Shown here piece after piece: positions 48,835 to 60,249 of a DNA stretch of 64,000 bases; position 1 is the stretch's first letter, and the number at the start of each line of letters is the position of its first letter. Source of the stretch: Eutreptiella sp. 'Long Island Sound 2002' (taxonomy: Eukaryota > Protista > Euglenida); assembly GCA_964036045.1 (NCBI GenBank), contig OZ038378.1:185132001-185196000 (forward strand), given 5' to 3'. Under the pieces are notes generated by a model that worked only from the letters and a program-made list of their open reading frames with translations, was not told the origin of the DNA and ran no database searches. The position numbers and the translations under genes were made by a program.

Positions 48835-50762
48835 CTGCACATTCAAGGGCACAGGTGACGCGCGTGTTTTGTGCGACCATTCCAGTAGCACCACTTTTCG
48901 GCAGGAATTTTACCACACTGAGTAACTCATTCATTAAAACGGAGTAAGGACGAGAGAAGGCGGGTCAAATGCAACAAAAAATCAAGAAATTGAGCCAAAA
49001 GTGTTTGTTCAGAAACTTTGTTGTTTGTTCAAGAGCCTTGTCCGAAAAATATTTACCTAAGTTTATCTTTATCATTTATCCTCCAAAAACTGAGGGACGT
49101 GTTTGGGTGTTTGGGGCGCATGTCTAAAACATGCACAAATTTGGATCCCCTTGAAACTTCAGCTCTCAACACCCCCCTCTTCAACCCAACAACCACCATT
49201 GCCACCAAAAAAAATGGCCACGTCTCCCATGCCGTAGTGGGTGCGGGTCCTACATATCCCTTAGCTCTCCCCATATCGATCGAACCCTATTCCATCAATG
49301 GAGCTTGTATTTGACTTGGTCACATCTTCCCTACATATCAGGGCCCGGGAGTCTGGGGTGGGAGCGATGTGGCCCGCACAGATGTCGCGCCCTCTCGGCC
49401 CTGAATGCATGTGTCTTGGATGAAAAATGTGTCTATGGTGATGTCATGAAAAAAAGATCTAGTTTTCATAAATCTCGCAAAGTAGGACAAATCACTCGAG
49501 GAAAAAATCTGCCTATCCAATAATGGTGTGTACTGCACACTATTTGTCGAATGCCACCAGAATCTGAATTACTGTGCAAATACCACATGCTCGCCCCCCC
49601 CCCCCCATTTCTCTTCATCTTTCTGTGAGGTCCCAGAGTAGGAGCAAACATGAATCCAGGACAGAGACAGAGCCCGGCCTCAACATGGCACATACGGAAG
49701 AGGACGCAACGCCCCCGTGAGCAAGGGGCTGGCAGTGATGCACAACACTCCACCAAAAGAGTGGCCCAAAATGAAATTGGTAGTTCGGGACAAAAAAAAT
49801 GCGGTCCACACGCATCGTGAAGCTTGCACAAGGCATAGGTTCAACACAACAGCGATAGTCGCTGCCCTTTGGTATCTCAACGGGAAGCCTCTCAAGCAAT
49901 GGGTGCCAATATTGTCAGCAAACCGCCGTGAGGCGACCCAACCAATGATCCCAATGTGCCCAACGGCGCGCTCACTTCCCACTCCCGAACATCCCCATTC
50001 GGCGCCCTTGTTCTTCTCGTGTCACTTATGTCCTGGCGAAACCCGTTCTCGCCCCCCCCCCCTTCCCCGCGACCCACTTATCATCGTTTGGTGCCTCAGT
50101 TGCCGACGACGATGGTGTGCCTGCCTCCGCTTTCGCTCCCTGAAGTCACTTACATCATTCAGGGGTAGTTTCGCCAGAAAACTGCTGATGGTCGTTCCCG
50201 AACCAATGTGGTGTGCGGTACAGCAACACTTGTTGAAGCCCAATCACCGAGGCGTAGCTCGCACGAGGCAGAAGGCTGGGGGGGGGGGGGGGGGGTAATT
50301 GGGTTCCCCAGGCATGGGTAGGTAGTCCCCCGGCCCCAGAAGAAATCTTCTGCCCCCAAAAACATTAATTCCGGTAGATGGCCTCTTGCCCTTGCATAAG
50401 CACGGCTCAGGGAATGGGAAACATGGTCAGAGAGGGATCTCGTGCTGAGTGCTTGCGTGGGGTATGCCAGCAAGGCTCAGCAAGTGTGCGGTCGGTACTT
50501 CCGGGTGTACGTACTGGTCTGGGTTCAGGAGGAAATTGTCTTCATTGCTTGTCCTCAATTGGTGGGCAACAGTATTTCTCGTGGGTAAGAGTGCAACGGT
50601 CTTCCCATGCTCACAGGTGCTGCTTCTGCCCCTTGGCGTCCCTCTCACGCCGGCGCCGGCATCACAAAAAGTCGTTCCCAAGACAGGGAAGGTTTGGAGC
50701 TCAGCGCCACTAATGTGGGAACTGTAACACAGGGCAGGGGGTTCCGGAGCACCAAGTGTTAC

Positions 50763-51301
50763 CCATCGGTGGGGCACAGCATTTCCAGGCATTTTGCCAT
50801 TGATTTCTTTTTGTTTTCTCGTTCATGCGGTGTGCCAAAGACTATGGCGTTGAGAAAGGGACCGCTTCTGCTGGTGCCGGACGCGGTGGACATATCTGTT
50901 ATGCGCTGAGGGCATAGGGCACAAGCAAGTGGTGCACCAAAGACGAGGATATGGTGCACTCGGGGCACGGGCAGGTATGTCGTGCACGGAGGGCATAGGA
51001 ACCCGAAATCCTTCCACGTGGTGCCGTCCTTGACGTAGATATCAATGACAGCGATCTTGTCACCGTTCTTGTCGCAGCTGTCGAATGAGTTGGTTGTCAG
51101 CCCGTTGGCCCTCCACTTTCCATCCTTGTCCCTGGCCTTCACTTTGCCACTGCTTTTCCAGTGCCGGCCCCAGAGCGGGTGTCCTTTGTCCTTCATGTTG
51201 ATGCCCTGGAAATCAGCAGCGGGATCCCTCGACTTGTACCTGCACTCGGGGCTGAGCCCTTCGACAAACTTGCGCAGCTCGGCCACATTGTTGCGCAGCA
51301 C
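50763..51301 (-). CDS. Secreted SdrD-B-domain protein, exon 2
   Basis: Acceptor CTCTCTCCCTTCCCCGCAG|GTG, donor GG|GTAACA, 539 nt, phase 0 to 2. It joins as DLQ-VLRNNVAEL and CPTDG-FSNTDW. It may contain an extra 81-nt intron. Confidence 0.75.
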
Positions 51302-51977
51302 CTGCGGGGAAGGGAGAGAGGCAGGGGCGGGAGGGGGCCATGATGTCATGCCAGCATCATCGTGACCTCATGCCAGACTCACTCAGTCCAATCCAGCTCA
51401 AGTGCCCTGCTACCACAATGTAGTTTGCCTTGCCACTCTCGCAGCGCAAACCAGACCGGACTCACAGGCACACATTGGAACGTGCTGCTGCCATCGATGT
51501 TGGGGTTGGCGGTGTTGGGCGCAATAATCCTTCACACTGCAGCAGTTTGATGGTCTGAAGGTACCACCTGTGATGTTATGTTCGGCACTCCACAATATTT
51601 TTCATTGCAATATTCACAATTCACACGGATGTCAGCTGCATGAAGCAATGGTGGTGTTGTGACCCAGAATCATGTTGACACGCCACCAGCATTCTTACGT
51701 GCCTTACCTTACCACCACAAGGCCACCCCTCCTTCCCTTGTGGTGGTTTGGGCAGCGCCGCAACTCATATTCCAACAACCACAGCATCCTTGCGTGCCAT
51801 ACCTTACCACTGCAAGGGCATAGTGTGCGCTCCATTGTCTCCAACACCACGGCTATGTGCACTGGCCTGTCTGGTCTAGCCATCACCCCTGGCTGTTTTA
51901 GCACACAGGAGGGCATGGGGCACAGGTCAGGGGTGAGGGGGGGGGGGGGGGTATGGGATGGGGAGGGAAAGGAAAAC

Positions 51978-52577
51978 CTGCAGATCCCAGGGCTGGAGGA
52001 TTGTCAACCCATTACCCGTCTTGATCGCATCAGAGCTCTTGGGATCCTCCCACGGTTCCTTGCCGCCTTGGGACACGAGCTGGCCGTCTTTGAACCACTC
52101 CGTGTTCTCCACATTGCGGTTCACACTAAGGCCAGCCACGAAGCCAACGTCCGCGAAAATGTGCCAGTCGCTGATCGAGAACTTGCCCCCATCGTCCGCC
52201 GCGGGCGCTGTGACAGCAACGTTGCCCGACCAGTCGACGCCCTGGAAAACCTTCTTGGCACGGGGAGGCGACAGATGCCCGGTGTTGCCGGGGTCGGGGT
52301 TGGCGCGCCCGCCGCTGCAGGTTTTGTCGAGCTTGTCACCCTGCCTTTGCACGAAGCGCTCCTCGTAGACCCCATGCAGACTGGGGTTGGACTCGCTGAG
52401 CACACAGCGGTCTGCCCCCAGCTCGTTGGAGCTCTGCTGGTCGAAGGAGTTGCCTGCGGCAGTTTCCGTGTTCATGGCAATCACCAAATACGTGGCAGGC
52501 TCGAGTAGCCGGTCTGTCTGCCCAGCCACCCAGACGCATAATAGAGCATAGATTGCAATGCGTAACCACAGCATCAT
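51978..52577 (-). CDS. Secreted SdrD-B-domain protein, exon 1 with signal peptide
   Basis: MMLWLRIAIYALLCVWVAG looks like a signal peptide. The exon is 600 nt with donor CAG|GTTTTC. The three exons total 2700 nt (899 aa plus stop). Confidence 0.8.
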
Positions 52578-52582
52578 GAGGA

Positions 52583-52620
52583 CTGCAGACGCACACACGC
52601 GGACAACAGAACACGATCAG
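52583..52620 (-). promoter_or_regulatory. AG acceptor 5 nt upstream of the ATG (candidate spliced-leader acceptor)
   Basis: Minus strand GTTCTGTTGTCCGCGTGTGTGCGTCTGCAG|TCCTC-ATG. Confidence 0.45.
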
Positions 52621-54724
52621 GGGCTGTCATACACGCACAGAAGAGATCTAGCCACTTAAATGACTTGGGGCATGGGAAGATGCTTTTGGGGGAGCACTGG
52701 ATGCAGTGCATGGACAGCGTGCATGCACTGTAGGGATGAAAACGCATTGAATCTAGTCACGGGGTTGGGTGGGCTGTGGTGCACATGCTTAGTACTCAAA
52801 TGCCACGAGAGTCTGCTTGCAGAAGGGCTGAATGGAAGTGGAGTCTGGTCATATCAATCATCACCGATGAGACGAGGGCTATACTCCGAAGAGAGGGAAA
52901 CGTTGCAGTCCCAGCCATGGATGCTCTCGTTTGCACCATCCAAATGACTATCCATACACTTGTTCCCATGATACCTCCATTTGCGACATGTATGCAATCA
53001 GGTACCCAAGCAAGTGTAAATTGAGAGACTTTGCCAAGAGCCCCCATGGCCCCATCAAGGCATGTCAAGGCACAAGTGTCATGCAGTGCAAAGAGTCCAC
53101 TGCTTTTCATTGTTTTCTCAGGTTCAAAGTAGGTGCAACAAGAAGGTCCATCTGTGTTGGATCTATTGCACACTCTAGCCAAAGGAGGGGCTTCTCCCCA
53201 TGAGGATGAGGTCTGTTTCCTAATTCTCGACATGTCCTATGATGCATGTACAGAGTCCAGCCCGCGTCTATGTACAGTTGAGCAGTGCAAATAGTCCACT
53301 GTCTTGGCAGTTCTCAGTTGCCCTATTCTTAGTGGTTGGTGCCAATGAAAGAACAGGGCCACCAATGTTTTCAGTGTATCAACAGCTATGCATGTATGTG
53401 CATCTTATGCCGGTCAACTTTCTACCTTATCGGCCACTAGGGTGCTACTTGTGCTGCTACAATGTGCCAACTGGTATGCTCATCTTATGCACAGGAGATG
53501 GACTCCATGGCAAAAGGCCTCAAGATTTGCCAAGAACCAATGGATGTTTTGAAGCAGATGGGCCCTTGGGAAGCACATAGGTCAACCATGCCATTGCTTT
53601 CCAAGATGTCTTACACAAGCCGGGGATTTACGGGGGTCTACAAGGTCGGACACGAGGTTTTCACTGCTCCCCACAGCCCCTCAAGCTGGGATCGTCGCCT
53701 CACACATGTTCAAGTATGCAACAGTATGCAAGGTTTACAAGGCTTTTGGCCCCCGGCCCCCACCTTGTGTAGATTGGTGTAAGTTTTCCCAAAAGTGGCG
53801 TAAATTTCCTTCAAAAAAAGTGCAAAATTTAAGAAGAAGCCGGTGTCACTCAACAACTCAACCAATCATGAAAACGCATAAAACAATAATGTGGAGTTTT
53901 GATAATTGGTTGCTTGGGCCTTGTAACGTTCCTTCCAAACTTTCAGAAAATTTTCACAAAATTGTTTCACCCTTGCTTTTATTTGACCAAAGTCCCAATG
54001 ACCTTAAAATCAACAAAGCAACAGCACCGCATGACAAAATTGACAAAGGGCGCAAAGTGCACGCGTTATTAAATCTTGTGTGAGATGTGAGATGACAATA
54101 CGCAAGAATGGTGTGTAATGTACCGGTTTCGGCTCCAAATGAGTCCTGCTCAGCAACAATACATCTCTGCAAACATGGTGCATACATTTGTAAGGCAAGG
54201 AATGCAATGAATGCCTTGAAGTATGCACAGCGATCACTGCTCCACACAAAATATACACCGCACTTAAAACCTATCAAGCAAAATAAATTCTGGGCATCGG
54301 GGACGCAACACATCAAATTACTTCAAAACTTGGGATGGCAAAGGAGATGGACTCCATTTTGCATTGCCGATTCACCACTCTCAACCCATCTTGGTAGTAT
54401 TTGAAGTGGAGGAGTCCGTCTTCAGCCGCCCCAACCACCGTGGCAGGAGGTCGCAGGCCATTGGAGCGGGTGTAGAACAGCCTATCCGTAATGCTGAGAT
54501 CCATGTAGAAAGTGGGGCTGAGAAATGAGGAGGGAAGTATGATGTCCTGTAGCAGGCACCCTAAAAAGGTATCACCATATCAATCAACCGAGAAAAAGAG
54601 TAGATGTGGTGGAAATGGGTAAAAATTGTGTGCAAAAAAGTAGAAATGGGTGAAACAGGGTGAACATCCAAAAATGCCAGATCCCCAATGCATCAAAACC
54701 TACTACCAAACAACAATGATGCCC

Positions 54725-54810
54725 TGAGTACCGCAAAGTATGGGTTTCTACTGCGGCCAGACGCCCAAATAGTTGCACTGCATGCGCACTGCGCTTAAGG
54801 CGCCCCCATT
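54725..54810. repeat. Dispersed repeat block homologous to ~37815-37900
   Basis: Shared CAAAGTATGGGT.TCTA...CGGCCAGA.GCCCAAATAGTTGCACTGC..GCGCACT.CGC..TT.AGGCGCCCCC. Confidence 0.8.
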
Positions 54811-57800
54811 GTTCGTGTTGCTCCTAGTACAGAGAGGGGTTCGGCTTGCAATACTGGCACTCACCCTTCTTCCTTTTGCGGATAGACCGCCCTGCCTATC
54901 ACTGACATCTGTGTGGTAGTCACGGTCATCATGGAAGAGCACCCGCTCCACCGGGTGCTCACCCACAACTAGGTCGGGTAACTCACTGGCTCTCAAATAT
55001 AGCGGTGAAGGATGGTAGCTGCCTGACATCGGGGCTTGGAATTCTTTGGTGCACGTTCAACCTGCACTTGCTGTAAAGTTGAGGGGGCACCTTCAACCTT
55101 GACGTGGCGGAGGGCGGCGGCGGGAGTAGGGAATTCTTGCCACTCGGTTGCCGGTTCCTGCTTGCGCACCCACATCACAAAAGCTGCCACAACATCCGAC
55201 ATCTCTAAATCTACATCTAACAACATACAAAGCACTTGGGTTCCTCAATTTACACCGAATTTACAGAAACTTACACAAATTTACGCCACTTTTGAGCAAT
55301 TTACAAAATCTTACATAATTTACAACGTAAATTGCATTTGGCCCCCGACCCCACCCCATTATTCCCCGGCTTGGTGATTGGATCAATTTTTTTAGTCCAA
55401 CTCAAACTGTCCATCGGGTTCAAAGTGAGCTCTCGAGCAACAGCCCAAGATCAAGGAGTCGGGCAGGTAGTGCAAACGAGGGTCCCACATGCAGCATCAT
55501 TCCAACACGTCCCAGTGTTACTTGCTGGACCTCATCGCAAGATTGGACTAATTCAACACAAGACCTCATTGCCGGCACCTCTGGGGACCAATATGTCCGT
55601 GCCACTTGTATTTATCCAATGGGGGCGTCCTAGCACAACGTGCATGTGACAAGGAGAAATTGGGGGCTTTTGCTGCTAATGGCGGTGTTCTTGCCTATGT
55701 GGACCATACTACACCCCCTCATTGTTGGACAACCTCATCTTTCGCCCCACCTCTAACCCCAAAGCTTCCAAGGTCCACGAAGGATGCCACCCTTTCAGCT
55801 TCCTTCCATTTCTTTTGTGCCTTATTTTGTCGCAACCTCAATGTTTCTTCCTCATCGCAAGCTTGGGGAAGTCCACCCCCATTCCATGTCCTTTGGAATG
55901 TGTTTCCCCTTGCCCACTTTCAAAATCTGTCTAACAACCGAGGGTGCTCTAGGCGGGAGTAGGGGGTAGTCCAGCTTCTCCTCCTTCCAAAAATTCACAT
56001 GCGCCGTTCAAAATTCTTGCTGGTAAGCCTCACGTTGACAAGGCCCACATTTACATAGTCGGAATCTAAATCCAAATTCTTGATAGATACTACGAAACTA
56101 TAGAACAAGATGCAAAACAACACTCATAAATGCACTAAAATGGGGGCAAGGCATGCAAACAACTCATATAAAATGCATCACAGGGCTCATGGTTACCGGT
56201 ACTAGGCACTGCTATGGGGCTTGGGTATTGTCCAGCACAAACTTTGTGCACAGCACGCACACAATTCTACATGCAGAGTCGGTATGAAGCATGGAGCAAG
56301 GCCGTCCCAAGGAGACGGACCACATGGTATCGCTAGAACACGACAAGAAACAGCAACAAAAGAATGGGGATAGAGGTGCATGTTAAGACAACCTAGCGAC
56401 ACAAGTGACCAACAGGTAGTAGAGTTTGGTGAGCAACTTAGAAATCCGCACCATAAGGTGTGGCCCCACATCAGTGCACATGCAAAGAGTAGAACACACA
56501 GGTAGTGAACAGAGCAGGTCCACAAGGTGAAACTAGGACATACTGGCATGCCACATGTGGGACTATTCTTGGTACGATATGCCCTGCTCTTTGATCTAGG
56601 TTGTTGCTTGAGAGCTCACTTTGAACTTGATGGACAATATGGGTCAGAACAAGAAAAAAGAAAACACACATGATTGATTTGGCTGTCCAACTAAAAGGGC
56701 GCATTGGGGGTGTCTTGCGCGCCGTGTGCGCGCTGTATGGCCCACACATGTTCCGTCAGCAATTTTCCGACATCTTGCAGCACCTCTGCCTTCACTCAAC
56801 GGCATGTGGCCCCTCCCCCCCCTCCTACTGGTATCACGCGTCAAAATAATATCATGCACGCATGATATCATTTTGTCCACCTGAAATACTATCACACACA
56901 CCCTAACAAGAGAACAAGGGGGACATGCATTGCGCAGATTTTGACGACATTGTTCACTTAATGGAATGAATGATGCAATGGACAGTTGCCTAGCCACAGG
57001 TTTGGGCTGGGCCTTTGGCTTTGGTTTTGGTGGAAGTGCATTACCAACTAGCACAGTAGGGGGTACAAATTGGAAAGGAACACCCAATTTGGCCCAACCC
57101 TTGGAACAATTTGGGCACACCTAATGTGCTTGTAGCTGTTAGAAGCCCATTGTAGCAAAATTCCACAAATGAGTTCATCATGGTCCCACCCTTGAGCCAA
57201 CAAGTTGGATTCCATTTGGAAAGCACTGGACGCCATGAGAGGTTCTGATAAATGTGCAAAAGACACGTGTCAGAATAATATCATGCATATCAAAATAATG
57301 TCACGCACAAAATAATATCATGCGTCAAAATGATGCCAGGCGCGTGATATTAATAGGGAGAGGGGTTTAGTTTCCAGTACTCGCTTTTTTGCATGCCTCC
57401 CATTCGTCACGCTGGCTGGAGTTTCAGCAGGTTGGCAGTATTGTACTTGTTCAATTGCACTTTCCCTTTTTGCTGCCACTTGTGAAACAGGTGGTTGACT
57501 GTGTCCTTGGTGTTTGTGTAGCACATCTTGCAGGCAGACTGCTTGTAGTATTCCATCATGTGTGTTTTCTTTGTAGTTGTAATTTGGACCCGGATGCTGC
57601 TGTCCTTGCTGGAATGCAGCAAACGAGGTTTCCTACAATGCACAATCCAAGAATCTACCACCACTTTTTCAAGGAATCAGCAATCTGTCCGGCAGGGTAA
57701 GCCCTTCGATTTGCTTAGTATTAAATTCGGCACACATACTATACCATACCCAAACCAAGCGAAAAAGGGGGTCTGAGCATCTGAGGCAAGTGATTAATGA

Positions 57801-59123
57801 CAACCAGTGGTGGTGGCAAGCCAGTGGTGGTGGTGGCAGGTGACTACCATGGCCAAATTCTGAATTCTTTTTAGTGCTGCCCATGGTCACTGTTGCTCTT
57901 TGAGTGGTACTGCAACCTGCCCATTGCTGCAGTCATTATAGAGTCTCTTGAATAGTGCCTAGGCATACACATCTCTGTGCATGCTGATGATACAAAACAG
58001 GACCTCCACAAGGCACTCCAGTGCAACGAATCATTGGGTGGCCCTGAGCAGTGCGGGGGGGGGGGGGGGTCAGATGTGCATTACCCTAAGCAACTCCCCC
58101 AAAAGCTCTCCCTTCTTGCAATAAAGGGCGAATTCGGTCCTGCTCTCCAATAGACCCACTCTTCCTCACCTACGGCCGATCAAGTGTAACATTTTGCTTT
58201 CTCCTTGTTGAAGTGGAGAATCACCAGCCACCACCATAAAAACGTCACCCGCAACCACCCCCACAACACCCAGCGCCACCACCACCGGCCACCAGCCCCT
58301 CCTCCTATTAGCGGCACCTGTCACCATGACCACAACCAAATACTACCATGACCACCCTGCAACAATCACCACCACCCGCAAACGCCACCACCGCCCACCA
58401 CCCCCACCACGCTTCTGCCTCAGGTGGATGAGACCTTAACACGTGAAATTGATTCCCACAAAAATCGAGGCAGATACTCAGCTGTGGCAGCCAAGTCTAG
58501 TGCAAAAAGTTGAGGGAGTGGGAGTAACAAACACAGCCAAATAAGCCTTTGTCGACTGTTTTGGCCCTTTGCCCTCCAAAGGGTAAAACATAGCCTAGCC
58601 TCTTGATTTAAGCACCTCCAACACCACCCTCCGCAACACTCATTGGTATGCTAAAATCCTCAACAACCACCTGCAACCCTCCAAACATCTCCGTTTGCCC
58701 CCCCCCCCCTTGTTTTCGCATTCTGGGAAATTGTGTGTCCTCATGGGCACTCTACAGTCTCTGGGTTCAGAAGTCAAAGAACAATGGTATTGTCCACACA
58801 CAATGAGTATATTTCAGGCTGAAATAACCTGATGCTGGGTCTACTCTCCCTGAAAACTGCATGTGTGCGCATACGACTGCACTTTGTGCAGTGCAGTGCT
58901 AAAAACAATGCAGAAAAGAACTGGTACGAGGGGACCACCGACAGCATACGTGGCAAACAGAACATGCACCTACATGCCAGAGCTGGTTCGCCACAACCAA
59001 GGTCACACTCATGATCACTTGGAGCCATAACTTGGCATGGCTCAGGAGTTAGGCATTAATGCTGGTCCAAGGATGGCACCAAACCAGTCACGGACAATTG
59101 ACCTCATGGGACAAATACAGGTA

Positions 59124-60249
59124 CCCTTTCCCCCCCTTGCAAACTCCCGGGTTAGCGCGCGACGGTATCCCGGGTGGGGGGGGGGGGACGGTCGCCAAGT
59201 GACGGTCTCCCAGGGGGGGGGGGGGTTGCAAGGGTATTTCAAGGCAAACTGTGGTACCCTCCACCGATGCAAGCAAAGAGAACACATGTGAAGCGACTTT
59301 CGCATTGATGCGGTGCCAATGTGTTTCATCCAACATTAATGTTATTGAGGATCCAAAGGAACGGTGAAGAACTTCTGGGTATGAGAATAACACACTTTGA
59401 ACTGTTGCACATGCTCGGTTTGCATGACAGGCACGGGGTGTGTTGCACTGGCTGATGAGGAGGAGGCAATGGCGCGCGGGGCTGGTTTGGCAGCCGCTTT
59501 AGTGCCCGCTTGCACAGCCAAACCAGTCCGTTTGGCGGCTGGCTTTGCTCTTGGCTGGGGGGCAGCCTTTGCTCTTGCCTTGGGGGCGGCCACCGACTTC
59601 TTTGGAGGCACCAAATCCTAGGGATCCACTTTTCCTCACATATATCACGCGTGAAGTACAATTTCCTATCAAACACATGGCCCAAGCCCCAAACTCCACG
59701 TGCACTCTTTGCCCATACTACTTCCACATCATTACCCTCCTCTTCCTCCTCTTCCTCCTCTTCCTCCGCACTACTCGAAGACATGGAGTCCACATTGGAG
59801 TCCTCTTGTCGCGATTCATCACTCGATGCGGAACCCGATGATGAGGAATCCGAAGATTCAGATTCAGATTCCGTGGGGGAGTCATCGTGTGTGCGTGAAA
59901 AATATTCCATGTCTTCCAACTCTGAGAGCTTCGGGCCCTTTGGAAAATAAGCCGTTTCAGTGGCGCGCAGAATTTTTTCATCAGAAATTCGCTCCCAAGC
60001 ATCCCGGATCCAAGTGACCATCAACCGCCGCTCAGGGGCAGGCACTGGGTCCTTGTCCGAAAGTTTTTCCAAAATGGGAAGCAGCCATTGACAGAATTGT
60101 TCCTCTACATCTTCCTCTACAACCATGCGTAAAGCAGATGGGCAACACAAACCAGCACAATACATGTTGTCTAGAAAAACATGGAAGTGACGGTCTCCCG
60201 GGTGGGGGGGGGGGATTGCAAGGGGGGGGTGTTTGCAAGGGGGGGGGGG
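59124..60249 (-). mobile_element. TA-flanked internally deleted pogo-like (DDE_1) DNA transposon, 1.13 kb
   Basis: TA|CCCTTTCCCCCCCTTGCAAAC ... GTTTGCAA(G)n|TA. Subterminal AAGTGACGGTCTCCC occurs near both ends. RRLMVTWIRDAWERISDEKILRATETAYFPKG resembles the pogo/Tigger transposase C-terminal helix motif, followed by an acidic spacer and an extra domain. Confidence 0.8.
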
